The notes under the pieces are model-generated. The model was not told where the DNA came from. It did no database searches and saw only the letters and a program-made list of their open reading frames with translations. The position numbers and the translations under genes are program-made. This document shows, piece after piece, positions 20,619-30,430 of a stretch of 64,000 nt of DNA (within the stretch, counting starts at the first letter, position 1; every line of letters begins with the position of its first letter). The stretch covers positions 186,001-250,000 of the IMG/VR virus record IMGVR_UViG_3300032116_000004, one strand, 5' to 3'.

Positions 20619-20960
20619 ATGGACAGTAAAAAAACACCCCGTAAAAAGCGAGCAGATCGCACCCACATCATCTACAAGATCATGTCGGGCACAGACTTCT
20701 ACATTGGCGTCACTGCCAAGACCGAAACCACTGTGCTGAAATCGGTGCGGGTTCGCATGAACAAACATCTGTATCGTAGCAGGAGCGAAGACCGATCTTG
20801 GGCACTCTACGAAGCCTTGCGTGAGCGTGGTTCGGAGTGTTTTTGTTACTCTATCGTGGCTGTGGTGCGTGGCAAGCGAGAAGCACATCAAGTTGAGCGT
20901 GCCTTGATCCGCGAACTCCGGCCCAATTTGAATACTGACGTGCGTGAAAGGAGAGCATGA
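20619..20960 (+). CDS. Small GIY-YIG-like nuclease
   Basis: IIYKI...FYIGVT...R..H...E..LI. Confidence 0.7.
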   Translation: MDSKKTPRKKRADRTHIIYKIMSGTDFYIGVTAKTETTVLKSVRVRMNKHLYRSRSEDRSWALYEALRERGSECFCYSIVAVVRGKREAHQVERALIRELRPNLNTDVRERRA

Positions 20961-21112
20961 TGGGATATTTTTCTAACCTAGCCATTGACATCGAAGAGGC
21001 CTTGTTCCAAGGCGCCACCGTGGAGCAGATCGCTGAGCGATTCAACTTGTCAGTGCCGGCGGTCGCCGCCTACATCGAGCAATTGGAACAATGTGATCGT
21101 GACCCAAATTGA
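20957..21112 (+). CDS. Small HTH-like protein (51 aa)
   Basis: Manual translation: GATVEQIAERFNLSVPAV; GGAG SD. Confidence 0.5.
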   Translation: MMGYFSNLAIDIEEALFQGATVEQIAERFNLSVPAVAAYIEQLEQCDRDPN

Positions 21113-21118
21113 TTGGTG

Positions 21119-21148
21119 TTGACCAAAAATTGAATATTGCAGTATAAT
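21119..21148 (+). promoter_or_regulatory. sigma70-type promoter
   Basis: TTGACC-18-TATAAT. Confidence 0.7.
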
Positions 21149-21173
21149 AAAGTAAATCGTAAAGGAGCAAAAC

Positions 21174-21407
21174 ATGGATGCTTATGAATATCAGGGTAAA
21201 TTTTATGACGGACGCCACGGCGGGGCATTTGATCGTGGATCTGCGGATTCATACTATCACCGCCCACGCCGGCCACACATCTATCTAGGAGCCACTGGAT
21301 CCAGTCCCCAAATCAACGAGGAACACATGGATCCTGCCGACGTTGAAGCCTACAATGCTGGCTATGACTACAACGAACGTTTTGGCGACAAAAAATCTTG
21401 GGACTAA
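21174..21407 (+). CDS. Hypothetical protein
   Basis: AAGGAG SD. Confidence 0.7.
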   Translation: MDAYEYQGKFYDGRHGGAFDRGSADSYYHRPRRPHIYLGATGSSPQINEEHMDPADVEAYNAGYDYNERFGDKKSWD

Positions 21408-21416
21408 GGAATAGAT

Positions 21417-21596
21417 ATGACACTGATAGAATTTGAACAAAAACTTGAAAACTGGGAATTGGAAGACCAGTATGCTGAATACATCATGGACCATGCCGCA
21501 GGAGATCGTGTGATTTGCAACGGTGACACTTTGTTGGCGGCCATGGAAGATGGCTATCTGTTAGAAGACTTCAAAGACAGTTTGGTAACACAATGA
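21417..21596 (+). CDS. Small acidic hypothetical protein (59 aa)
   Basis: Manual translation MTLIEFEQKLEN...; AAGGA SD. Confidence 0.55.
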   Translation: MTLIEFEQKLENWELEDQYAEYIMDHAAGDRVICNGDTLLAAMEDGYLLEDFKDSLVTQ

Positions 21597-21757
21597 ACGA
21601 ATTTGAAGTGATCTTGGTGCATGAGGATCTGCGCCAAAAAGGCATAAAAAATTATACCATGCGACAAGGCAATGACTGCATCTGGGTGTCATACGGCCTT
21701 GTTGACTGCTATTATATTTTCCGTGAAGGACAGATCGTAGACATACAATTTGACTGA
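21593..21757 (+). CDS. Small hypothetical protein (54 aa)
   Basis: ATGA-coupled, MNEFEVILVH... Confidence 0.5.
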   Translation: MNEFEVILVHEDLRQKGIKNYTMRQGNDCIWVSYGLVDCYYIFREGQIVDIQFD

Positions 21758-21758
21758 A

Positions 21759-21890
21759 ATGAACACTACCAAACAACCCGCAAAGACACGCAACTGGGTA
21801 GCCAAACACAATCGGCACCGGGCTGTGGTCATGCGAGTCCGCACTTGGTATCAGCGCCAGCCCAAACATCGCAACAAGGAAGTATCATGA
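21759..21890 (+). CDS. Small basic protein (43 aa)
   Basis: MNTTKQPAKTRNWVAKH... Confidence 0.45.
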   Translation: MNTTKQPAKTRNWVAKHNRHRAVVMRVRTWYQRQPKHRNKEVS

Positions 21891-22282
21891 AGATTGGTTT
21901 TAGTTATAGCCGATGTGTGTGTGATATTGCGGAAGGCAATGTCAACATGGACGATGTGTTGATCATCATTGCCCGTACCAACTTTGACCCTCACAATGAT
22001 GAACAGTGGCAAGGTATTTGGGGCGGATATCGACATGGGGGTCATAGTCGTGCCGAATGGAACCATTGCCGAGACAGTGATGAACAACGCTACCGAGACA
22101 TCTCTTTGGAACTTTATGAATCAGGACGTCTGCATCAGCCCAGACAGTTTGGCGCACACCCTCGTCGCAGTCCGTATGTGTGGGTGGATACTGGCCCTGT
22201 TGGCCACGAACAATACCAACAACCTGAGAGTGTGCAACAGGCTTGGCAAAACTATTTGATGCTGTCAACATTGACGAGGTAA
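21887..22282 (+). CDS. Hypothetical protein
   Basis: AAGGA SD before MKIGFS. Confidence 0.65.
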   Translation: MKIGFSYSRCVCDIAEGNVNMDDVLIIIARTNFDPHNDEQWQGIWGGYRHGGHSRAEWNHCRDSDEQRYRDISLELYESGRLHQPRQFGAHPRRSPYVWVDTGPVGHEQYQQPESVQQAWQNYLMLSTLTR

Positions 22283-22284
22283 CC

Positions 22285-22662
22285 ATGGGATTCCAAAAGA
22301 AACGGGCGATGGCCAAAGATAAACTCATTGATTGGAGTCTCCAGGACAGCCGTTACATGGGGATGAAGTTCAGCGATGACTTCAAAGGATCCATTGAACG
22401 CTACCTGCTACAGGGACTCAAGCCCGGTGGTTTTGGCGAAGCCATGCTGGCCTGTGACTGGGAACGTGCTCTTTACAGTGCCGATACACACAATCGACAG
22501 GTGTTATGGGCCGTGGCCATATGGGTGCGCGAACACATGCCCGGGGGATCGTGGGGCAGTTATGAAACAGTAGAGGCATGGTGCCGCGATGAAGATGGTC
22601 GCCGCAGTGAGTTTCTCAATGCGTGGGAAAAAGAACGAGTTTGGTTAACATTAGTGAAATAA
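22285..22662 (+). CDS. Hypothetical protein
   Basis: GAGG SD. Confidence 0.6.
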   Translation: MGFQKKRAMAKDKLIDWSLQDSRYMGMKFSDDFKGSIERYLLQGLKPGGFGEAMLACDWERALYSADTHNRQVLWAVAIWVREHMPGGSWGSYETVEAWCRDEDGRRSEFLNAWEKERVWLTLVK

Positions 22663-22671
22663 GGAGCAGTC

Positions 22672-22890
22672 ATGGATGATAGACTTTACAATGTAGTGAA
22701 AAATCGATGCCAGTGCCGTCAGTGTGATGACATCATCGAATCCAAGCATAGACACGATTTTGTGCGATGCCGGTGTGGCGCTATCTTTACCGATGGTGGA
22801 ACAGCCTACATCCGTAGAGGAGCCAGAGATCTTGGCGACATCATTGACCTTTCTGAATACCAACTCAAGGAGTTAAACCATGGAGTATAA
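22672..22890 (+). CDS. Small zinc-finger-like protein
   Basis: CQCRQC...HDFVRCRCG..FTDGG. Confidence 0.7.
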   Translation: MDDRLYNVVKNRCQCRQCDDIIESKHRHDFVRCRCGAIFTDGGTAYIRRGARDLGDIIDLSEYQLKELNHGV

Positions 22891-23110
22891 GATCGACGGA
22901 CTCACCCGGAAGCAAGTGGCCTTGTTGGACATCATGTGGACCTTGGATGATGAACAATCAGTTGAAAACTTTGTGCGCAGTCTTCCACGTGCTGACCAAC
23001 AACAGGCCCAAAGCCTTAAAACTCTGTTGATACACGAGATGATGGAAGAATTCCTTGAAGGTATCACAGAGTTTCCTGACGCACAAGAAATCATCCAACG
23101 GGTAAAATGA
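22880..23110 (+). CDS. Hypothetical protein
   Basis: AAGGAG SD. Confidence 0.65.
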   Translation: MEYKIDGLTRKQVALLDIMWTLDDEQSVENFVRSLPRADQQQAQSLKTLLIHEMMEEFLEGITEFPDAQEIIQRVK

Positions 23111-23811
23111 TGCTACATTTCCAAACTATCTATACTGTCAATCAGGGTCGTTCCAGACTCAAAGGCAATCGTTATGACAGCCCGTGGCATAGGCATCGTG
23201 ATGATGGTGCCAGCCGAGATGGCGATGAGATGTCAGTGTTCACTTTTAGCAAACAGGCCCAGGCCGAAAGCCAATGCAACTTAGATCACTGTTTGACCGT
23301 GGCCCGAGACCATGCCATGAGCCTGCTGGTCATAACTCCCAACAGGATCCAAGTAGGTGGTGACGGTGATGGCCCCAAAGCACACAACACCGCTGATGTC
23401 CTATTCACGAAATCTTGGCTGAGAGAGCACAATGATTGGTTAGAATCAACTTCCGATATCGCACCAAAGATCGAAGAAAGCCAACACGGGCAGTTCCTAG
23501 ATTTCTACACTTATCGCAGGAGCGTCTGTGTGCAGGAACATCAAGGAGTATACGATGTGGTCACAGGCCAACGCATAAAACCTCGCCGTGAAATCATCGA
23601 ACGCATGTGGGCCTTGGGTTTCGCCGCATATCGTGGTAGACCTCTGACCATGGCTCGTCCACGCTGGGCCGGCGAGCGTGAAGAACTAGAGGAAATCACT
23701 GCCTTGGCTGATCGCTATTGGACCAGGCGCAGTCGCAGTGATGCTGCCAAGAAACTGGTGTCAACATTCACATCGATCAATCGCTACTGTGCATGGCCCG
23801 GTGCATGGTAA
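23107..23811 (+). CDS. Hypothetical protein
   Basis: Coupled 234-aa ORF. Confidence 0.65.
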   Translation: MMLHFQTIYTVNQGRSRLKGNRYDSPWHRHRDDGASRDGDEMSVFTFSKQAQAESQCNLDHCLTVARDHAMSLLVITPNRIQVGGDGDGPKAHNTADVLFTKSWLREHNDWLESTSDIAPKIEESQHGQFLDFYTYRRSVCVQEHQGVYDVVTGQRIKPRREIIERMWALGFAAYRGRPLTMARPRWAGEREELEEITALADRYWTRRSRSDAAKKLVSTFTSINRYCAWPGAW

Positions 23812-23818
23812 AAGGAGC

Positions 23819-24211
23819 ATGACAATGATACACAGCAATAAAAAGGATCTACGCAACTGGAGATTCCTGGGCATGGAGATGGAAGCCCTGGGCACCAGAC
23901 TGGATGCGGCCAGACAGTCTCTTAGCAGTGCCGACTCTGCATGGGCTCGGTGGTATTGGACTGAAACTGTAGACCGACTGATGTTGCAATGGCGTAGCCT
24001 ACCGATCATGCACGATGGCGATGCTACCATGACACAGATGCCGCGTTGGTCCATCAACTACGAATGGTGGGAAAGCTCAACTGAGGTTGGTTACACTGGC
24101 TTGGAAGGGCTAACTGACAGTCTGTTTGACAAGATATTCCGAGCAGAAGATCTAGATGCAGTATGGCGACGGCATAGAGATACCAGATTGATGAAGTGCA
24201 ACTGTCAATGA
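23819..24211 (+). CDS. Hypothetical protein
   Basis: AAGGAG SD. Confidence 0.6.
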   Translation: MTMIHSNKKDLRNWRFLGMEMEALGTRLDAARQSLSSADSAWARWYWTETVDRLMLQWRSLPIMHDGDATMTQMPRWSINYEWWESSTEVGYTGLEGLTDSLFDKIFRAEDLDAVWRRHRDTRLMKCNCQ

Positions 24212-24438
24212 CACAGTATGAATCGTGGCCACCGCCAGACTGGCCCGAAGTGGTCATAACCTGGAGAACCATGTTAGACTATTCAGATTACAGTCCCAAC
24301 ATGATCATGCATTGGATAGACAACGCCCCTGGCGGTCGTTATCATTTGCATGGATTCCAAGCCACAGAAGGATTCGCTTTCCGTTTTGAACGACCAGAGG
24401 ACGCTGTTATGTTTGCATTGAGGTGGCTAACAATTTAG
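24208..24438 (+). CDS. Hypothetical protein
   Basis: Coupled ORF. Confidence 0.55.
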   Translation: MTQYESWPPPDWPEVVITWRTMLDYSDYSPNMIMHWIDNAPGGRYHLHGFQATEGFAFRFERPEDAVMFALRWLTI

Positions 24439-24470
24439 CGGCATACATCCAAGGGCACCATAATTAACAA

Positions 24471-24656
24471 ATGTCTAACTACATTATTTCTTTTATTTTT
24501 TTTGTCATCGGAATCTTTTTCAAGTATCATTCCTCAAATCTGACCATGGGAAGTTTACGAGACATGGGACCCGGATTCTATCCCGACATGATATCTAACT
24601 TACTCATCATCATTGCGATATTGATCGCGGCAAAACAGGCAATATGGAAATCATAA
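24471..24656 (+). CDS. tctB: Short TctB-like membrane protein
   Basis: MGSLRDMGPGFYP loop between two TM helices, directly before tctA. Confidence 0.65.
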   Translation: MSNYIISFIFFVIGIFFKYHSSNLTMGSLRDMGPGFYPDMISNLLIIIAILIAAKQAIWKS

Positions 24657-26122
24657 ACAACTTATCGTTGGGTATTTCCACCGCTTTTACCTGGACCAAC
24701 ATCTTATATTGCTTTGTAGGAACTTTCCTGGGCACACTGGTGGGAGTTCTTCCAGGACTGTCTCCATTGACTGCTGTGGCTATATTATTACCATTAGTTT
24801 ATTCCATCGGTGATCCAGTAACTGCACTAATATTGTTGTCGGGAATTTATTACGGGTCTCAATATGGTGGATCAACCACATCAATACTGCTGAAAATACC
24901 CGGAGAAGTACCGAGTCTAGTGACTGCCATCGACGGTTACGCTATGACCCGCAACGGTCGCGGTGGCGCGGCACTGACCATCGCCGCATTGGCCAGCTTT
25001 TTCGCAGGAACGATCACCACATTGTTGATAGCGATTTTTGCTAAACCATTGGCACAAATCGCATTTGCATTTGGATCAGCAGAATACACATCTCTCATGG
25101 TCATGGGCCTGTTGGCATCTGTGGCACTCACCAATGGGCCGTTCCTTCGTGGAGTAGGCATGGTATTGATCGGAATCTTGCTAGGAACTGTGGGAATAGA
25201 CATCAACACCGGAATAGAAAGATTTACCTTCGGATCTCTGACTCTCATGGATGGTATAAATTTTGCGATCATTGCCGTGGGTGTGTTTGGGTTTGGGGAA
25301 ATGATTTATAATCTCTTCCACGGACAAAAAATTTCAGCACAGATACCAAAATTTAAAGATTTATATCCTACAAAAAAAGAATTAAGAGACAGTGTGGGTC
25401 CTGGAGCCAGAGGAACACTGATTGGTAGCTTGCTGGGGATTTTGCCCGGTGGCGGTGCTTTGCTTTCTTCCTTTGCCAGTTATGTGGTAGAGAAAAAACT
25501 GTCCAAAGATAAAAAAAGTTTTGGTAAAGGAAATATAGCCGGAGTGGCCGGTCCCGAAGCCGCCAACAATGCCGGGGCCCAGATAAGTTTTATCCCAATG
25601 CTGAGTCTGGGGATCCCCACCACTCCCATAATGGCATTGATGATAGCATCATTGATGATCTTTAGCATACAACCTGGTCCAGAAGTGGTAAACTCTAACC
25701 AATCTTTGTTTTGGGGATTGGTGGTATCCATGTGGTTGGGGAACTTAATGCTGGTAATTTTAAATATCCCGTTGGTCGGGGTATGGGTCAGTGTGCTGAG
25801 AATCCCACAGGTTGTGTTATTCAGCATAATATTCTGTATCTGTGTTTTTGGCATTTATGTGATGAATAATAACATCACTGAAGTATGGCTATTACTACCA
25901 TTTGCTGTGCTGGGTTATATTTTCCGTAGATTAGATTGCGAGCCGGCTCCACTGGCCATGGGGTTTGTCATCGGTTTGTTGTTTGAAGAATATTTTAGAA
26001 AAGCCATGATGATATCAAAGGGTGACTGGATGATTTTTTTACAGAGTCCGATCAGTGCTACGTTTTTGTTGATATCATTGGTTGTGATCGCAATTAGTAT
26101 AATATTTAAAATTAAAAAATGA
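24644..26122 (+). CDS. tctA: Tripartite tricarboxylate transporter permease
   Basis: GVLPGLSP, YYGSQYGG, GPEAANNA, LGIP. Confidence 0.95.
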   Translation: MEIINNLSLGISTAFTWTNILYCFVGTFLGTLVGVLPGLSPLTAVAILLPLVYSIGDPVTALILLSGIYYGSQYGGSTTSILLKIPGEVPSLVTAIDGYAMTRNGRGGAALTIAALASFFAGTITTLLIAIFAKPLAQIAFAFGSAEYTSLMVMGLLASVALTNGPFLRGVGMVLIGILLGTVGIDINTGIERFTFGSLTLMDGINFAIIAVGVFGFGEMIYNLFHGQKISAQIPKFKDLYPTKKELRDSVGPGARGTLIGSLLGILPGGGALLSSFASYVVEKKLSKDKKSFGKGNIAGVAGPEAANNAGAQISFIPMLSLGIPTTPIMALMIASLMIFSIQPGPEVVNSNQSLFWGLVVSMWLGNLMLVILNIPLVGVWVSVLRIPQVVLFSIIFCICVFGIYVMNNNITEVWLLLPFAVLGYIFRRLDCEPAPLAMGFVIGLLFEEYFRKAMMISKGDWMIFLQSPISATFLLISLVVIAISIIFKIKK

Positions 26123-26391
26123 TCGATTATTATTACGAATTTCCTGAAGGACATCGAGTGTTTGGGGAGCCCACACGCTATGCATTGTTGCGAGGGTATC
26201 ATCCTGAAGAAGCATCTACCAGCCAGCATCTATTCCATAGTCAGTGCTGTTTGGAATCCACCCGTGTGTGGTTGGAAAATGCCAATGGTGCATATCTAGT
26301 GCGCCGTGGTCGGCGAGATGTGCATGAACCCATACATGCCAAAGAAATGACCTGGGTCAAACTGCAGGCCCGAGAATTAGAGATCATATAA
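26119..26391 (+). CDS. Hypothetical protein
   Basis: Coupled ORF. Confidence 0.55.
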   Translation: MIDYYYEFPEGHRVFGEPTRYALLRGYHPEEASTSQHLFHSQCCLESTRVWLENANGAYLVRRGRRDVHEPIHAKEMTWVKLQARELEII

Positions 26392-26412
26392 AAACCGCCC
26401 CTCGGGCGGTTT
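26392..26412. terminator. Bidirectional intrinsic terminator
   Basis: AAACCGCCC-CTC-GGGCGGTTT between convergent genes. Confidence 0.75.
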
Positions 26413-26453
26413 GCTGACCATTTGGCTTATTATACGCTGTCAGCCAGCGAGTG

Positions 26454-27458
26454 TTATTTGATCTGACTCCATACACGCTGACGGATCTGTTGTGTAAGAC
26501 TGTCAGGCAGTGGAACGTAGTCTAAGTCAATGGCATCTTTCTTCCCGTTACGGAACGCCCAGTCAAAAAACTTCAATGCTTCTTGGCTTTGATTTTTGTT
26601 TGCAGGATCTCGATACATCAAAATAAATGATGCTGTGGTCACTGGCCATACTGCATCGCCACGCTGATCAACTATACTCAATCCCATACCAGGCACAGAG
26701 AACCAATCGGCACCAGCGGCTGCGGCCGCGAATGTTAGATCATCAGGATGGACCCACTTGCCTGATTTGTTTTGCAGTTGGAGATAGGTCAACTTGTTTT
26801 TCTTGACGTAGGCATATTCCACATAACCTATGGAACCTCGGATGCGGGCCACATTGGCAGCCACACCTTCGTTGCCTTTGCCTCCCATAGCTGTGGTGGG
26901 GATCCATTTCACAGCAGGACCACGTCCCATACGATCTGCCCATTCTTTGCTTACTGTGGCAAGATAGTCTGTCCAGTTGAATGTTGTGCCAGAACCGTCG
27001 GCCCGATGCACCACAGTGATTGGTTGGTCTGGCAATGACTTACCAGGATTCAATGCTGTGAGTTTAGGATCATTCCACTTGGTGATGTTGCCCATGAACA
27101 CATCAGCCATTACGGGACCAGTGATGCGCAGTTCACCTGGCTTGAATCCATCCAAGTTAACGATAGGCACAGTGCCACCAATGATGGCAGGAAACTGAAT
27201 CAGACCTTCACGATCAAGTTCTTCGCCTTTCATGGGTGCGTCGGATGCCCCAAAGGTCACTGTTTTGGCTTTGATTTGGCGGATGCCGCCCGATGAGCCA
27301 ATGGATTGATAGTTGAGACCAATATTGGTTTCTTTCTTGTAGGCTTCGGCCCATTTTGCATAGATGGGGTAGGGAAAAGTTGCACCTGCCCCGGTGATAT
27401 CGGCTGCCTGTGCTGTAACCGCGACTGCGGCCAGTAGTGTCAGTATGAGTTTTTTCAC
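26454..27458 (-). CDS. pstS: Phosphate ABC transporter substrate-binding protein
   Basis: GAGATFP, GSSGG, FGASD, RADGSGTT, GNEGV. Confidence 0.96.
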   Translation of the reverse strand: MKKLILTLLAAVAVTAQAADITGAGATFPYPIYAKWAEAYKKETNIGLNYQSIGSSGGIRQIKAKTVTFGASDAPMKGEELDREGLIQFPAIIGGTVPIVNLDGFKPGELRITGPVMADVFMGNITKWNDPKLTALNPGKSLPDQPITVVHRADGSGTTFNWTDYLATVSKEWADRMGRGPAVKWIPTTAMGGKGNEGVAANVARIRGSIGYVEYAYVKKNKLTYLQLQNKSGKWVHPDDLTFAAAAAGADWFSVPGMGLSIVDQRGDAVWPVTTASFILMYRDPANKNQSQEALKFFDWAFRNGKKDAIDLDYVPLPDSLTQQIRQRVWSQIK

Positions 27459-27557
27459 TGTGATCTCCTTTTGGTTGAGTAGTGATGTGCGACTTGCACA
27501 AGATTATTTAAGTATAGCAGTATGACCGTTTTGTTACACTTGCGAAAAAGGTTGAGG

Positions 27558-27586
27558 TTGACTCACAATGCTGGTTCAGTTATAAT
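27558..27586 (+). promoter_or_regulatory. sigma70-type promoter
   Basis: TTGACT-17-TATAAT. Confidence 0.85.
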
Positions 27587-27595
27587 ACATGCTTA

Positions 27596-27672
27596 GGGCC
27601 TATAGCTCAGTTGGTTAGAGCAGTGGACTCATAATCCATTGGTCCCTGGTTCGAGTCCAGGTGGGCCCACCA
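27596..27672 (+). tRNA. tRNA-CAT, probably Ile2 (lysidine)
   Basis: Full cloverleaf, CTCATAA loop, G1-C72, CCA. Confidence 0.9.
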
Positions 27673-27687
27673 TACAAAGAATACAGC

Positions 27688-27957
27688 ATGACATTACCAG
27701 ACGAAAGATATCGAGCCATTGTATATGCCAAGCAGTTCTGCGAAGATTTGTTGGATCCTAAGAAGACTCCTCGTGTGCCCAGAGACATCCGCCGCAGGGC
27801 GCTGGGAGTTCTAAGGCATTTTCCTGACGAGTATTATCTTTCCATGTTGGCAGAAGCACGTCCGGATATCATAGAACGCAGAGGCGAACCATTTGAACCT
27901 CTGTATAAAATGATCAAACAATACGAGTTGGAGAAACAATCATGCGACAAGAACTAG
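27688..27957 (+). CDS. Hypothetical protein
   Basis: MTLPDERYRA...LRHFP. Confidence 0.65.
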   Translation: MTLPDERYRAIVYAKQFCEDLLDPKKTPRVPRDIRRRALGVLRHFPDEYYLSMLAEARPDIIERRGEPFEPLYKMIKQYELEKQSCDKN

Positions 27958-28403
27958 ATCAACTGCTGTGCGAACGCTATCCCAAGATATTCGCCAATCG
28001 ACACGCTGATATGAAGACCACGGCCATGTGTTGGGGATTCGAACATGATGATGGATGGTTCAATATCATCGATCAGTTATGTGCCAACATCCAACATCAT
28101 ATCGATTGGAGAGAAAAACAACGCCAGTGGACCATTACTTTTAACAGTAAGGCTGCACCAGAAGAACTGAAAGACATTCCGGAAGTTGTTTCGCAAGTCG
28201 TTGCAGATCAAGTAAAGGAAAAGTTTGGTGCTCTGCGCTTTTACTATCATGGTGGTGACGATATCGTAGATGGCATGGCACGCATGGCTGAATCCATGAG
28301 CGCAGTGACCTGCGAACAGTGCGGTGCACCAGGCCGTCAGCGGGGCCGTGGCTGGATCGTGACACGCTGTGATGAACATGCAAAGGAAGACGAAAATGAC
28401 TAA
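27942..28403 (+). CDS. Hypothetical protein with C-terminal CxxC
   Basis: QVKEKFGALRFY...CEQCG. Confidence 0.7.
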   Translation: MRQELDQLLCERYPKIFANRHADMKTTAMCWGFEHDDGWFNIIDQLCANIQHHIDWREKQRQWTITFNSKAAPEELKDIPEVVSQVVADQVKEKFGALRFYYHGGDDIVDGMARMAESMSAVTCEQCGAPGRQRGRGWIVTRCDEHAKEDEND

Positions 28404-28710
28404 ACCAGAAAAGAAATTACTGAGTGGCACGGGCAAGATCGCAAACGCACAGCCCGGTGAGCCACTCAAGGTGGTTTTCGAACCCGGTTGTTTCGATCAC
28501 ATTGACGTGGAAAGCCAGGAAGAACTGGATCGGATCATGGCGGAAATACAGACCATGTTTGCTGGCATGTCTCGCGAAGAATTGGAAGCACAGAGCCGAC
28601 CACTCACGGACGAAGATATCGACGACCTGGATCCAGAAGAACGCGAAGCATTGATGCAGGCATTGGAACAGGCCCATGACCAAGAAACCCGAAAGCAACG
28701 TCTCAATTAA
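28396..28710 (+). CDS. Acidic hypothetical protein
   Basis: AAGGA SD. Confidence 0.6.
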   Translation: MTKPEKKLLSGTGKIANAQPGEPLKVVFEPGCFDHIDVESQEELDRIMAEIQTMFAGMSREELEAQSRPLTDEDIDDLDPEEREALMQALEQAHDQETRKQRLN

Positions 28711-29200
28711 GGTAGCGTCCAGCCCTGATCGGCATACCTTCCAGCGAGAAGGATATCTAAAACGCTGTGAAGAAAAAGGGGAAGAACCCAACCAAGCCTA
28801 TCTCGAGATGTGGGACAAGGTCAAACAGCAGGATGCCGAGTGGCACCAACAACAACATGTCAATGATCTCGAATATGACTTGAGATCAACTGACTGGATC
28901 GTTGCCAAAGCACGGGCCAGTGAATCTTACGCACAAAATATCTACGCGGCCTTGTGCAACATGCAGTGGCAAAAGATAGATGTATGGCCCGTGCTCAAAG
29001 ATGAACTCTGGTCATGCTCATGGCGCAGTGCCGGGGGTATCGTGGCCGATCTACGTGGTGAAGGTGACTATATCGATTGGTATTGTTCAGGCATGGCGGA
29101 CAAAGACGACACTGGATTCGTTCCAGAAGGCGCTGTGACAGATGAGATCCGGGAGGACTTCCAACGATTGGGGTGGCAGCCTGTGCCCTATGACGAATGA
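28676..29200 (+). CDS. Hypothetical protein
   Basis: 174-aa ORF. Confidence 0.65.
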   Translation: MTKKPESNVSIKVASSPDRHTFQREGYLKRCEEKGEEPNQAYLEMWDKVKQQDAEWHQQQHVNDLEYDLRSTDWIVAKARASESYAQNIYAALCNMQWQKIDVWPVLKDELWSCSWRSAGGIVADLRGEGDYIDWYCSGMADKDDTGFVPEGAVTDEIREDFQRLGWQPVPYDE

Positions 29201-29341
29201 TGGTTATTGATTTTTCCTATGATCAATATAAAAAAATATTCAGAAAAAACCTATAAAAACCATTGATCTAATAGCTATATACTGCTACAATTTTATATCA
29301 GTAGAAACACTGAGTCTCACAAAACTTCACAGGAGAAACAC

Positions 29342-29875
29342 ATGAAAACAGTAGGAAACAAAATCGAAAAATTCGCCATCACTGGCGTGAACCCAGGCAA
29401 GGACGATTTCTTCACCATCACAGAAGAATCATTTGCAGGCAAGTGGAAGGTCATCGTTTACTATCCCAAAGACTTTACATTCGTGTGCCCAACAGAAATC
29501 GTGGCCTACGACAAACTACACGGCGACTTCGCTGATCGTGATGCTGTGTTGCTCACAGGATCCACAGACAATGAGTTCTGCAAACTGGCATGGCAAGCCG
29601 CACATGAAGATCTCAAGAAGATCCGGCATATCCAGTTCGCTGACACACAGCGTGGTGAGTTGAGCCTGGTTGAGCAATTGGGTGTGTTCTTTGCACCAGC
29701 AGGCGCCGCACTCCGTGCTACCTTCATCATCGATCCCGAAGGTGTGATCCAGCATGTCACTGTCAACAATTTAAACGTAGGCCGTAGCCCAGAAGAAACT
29801 CTGCGTATCCTTGACGCTCTTCAAACAGGAGAGAAGTGTGCATGCAATCGTGCAGTGGGTGGAGAGACTCTATAA
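29342..29875 (+). CDS. ahpC: Peroxiredoxin
   Basis: YPKDFTFVCPTE, DALQTGEKC. Confidence 0.95.
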   Translation: MKTVGNKIEKFAITGVNPGKDDFFTITEESFAGKWKVIVYYPKDFTFVCPTEIVAYDKLHGDFADRDAVLLTGSTDNEFCKLAWQAAHEDLKKIRHIQFADTQRGELSLVEQLGVFFAPAGAALRATFIIDPEGVIQHVTVNNLNVGRSPEETLRILDALQTGEKCACNRAVGGETL

Positions 29876-30390
29876 TGACTGCCTGGGTAGATCAAATCAA
29901 GGAAACCATACCTGATTACGCCAAGGACACTCGTCTCAACATTGATGCAGTGATCAAACGCTCGTCTTTGCCCATAGAAGAAGCAGAAGCCGTGGCTTTG
30001 GCGGCTGCCTTTGCTACAGGCAATACGAAACTGTGGACCTGGATGCAGGGCCAGATCGCAGACCAAAAGGAAGCCGAGGCGGCCATCACAGCCGCTAGTC
30101 TAATGGCCATGAACAATGTATGGTATCCCTACGTCGAAATGGCCGAAGACGAGCGACTCACTGGTTTGCCAGCACAACTACGCATGAATGCTATTAGCTC
30201 CCATGGTGGGACGACCAAGGCTCGATTTGAGAGCTATAGTCTAGCCGCCAGTATCGTGGGCAAGTGCCACTTCTGCGTAAAAGCGCACTACGAAACACTC
30301 AAGAAGGAAGGCTACTCAGTAGAACAACTGCGAGACATCGGTCGGATCGCCGCAGTGATCACAGCAGTGGCTCGAGTGCTCAATAGCTAA
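29875..30390 (+). CDS. ahpD: Alkyl hydroperoxide reductase D
   Basis: MAMNNVWY, GKCHFCV..H; coupled to ahpC. Confidence 0.92.
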   Translation: MTAWVDQIKETIPDYAKDTRLNIDAVIKRSSLPIEEAEAVALAAAFATGNTKLWTWMQGQIADQKEAEAAITAASLMAMNNVWYPYVEMAEDERLTGLPAQLRMNAISSHGGTTKARFESYSLAASIVGKCHFCVKAHYETLKKEGYSVEQLRDIGRIAAVITAVARVLNS

Positions 30391-30430
30391 ATGTTACCAT
30401 GGCGGAGTTTAGTCTTTAAATACTCCGCCC

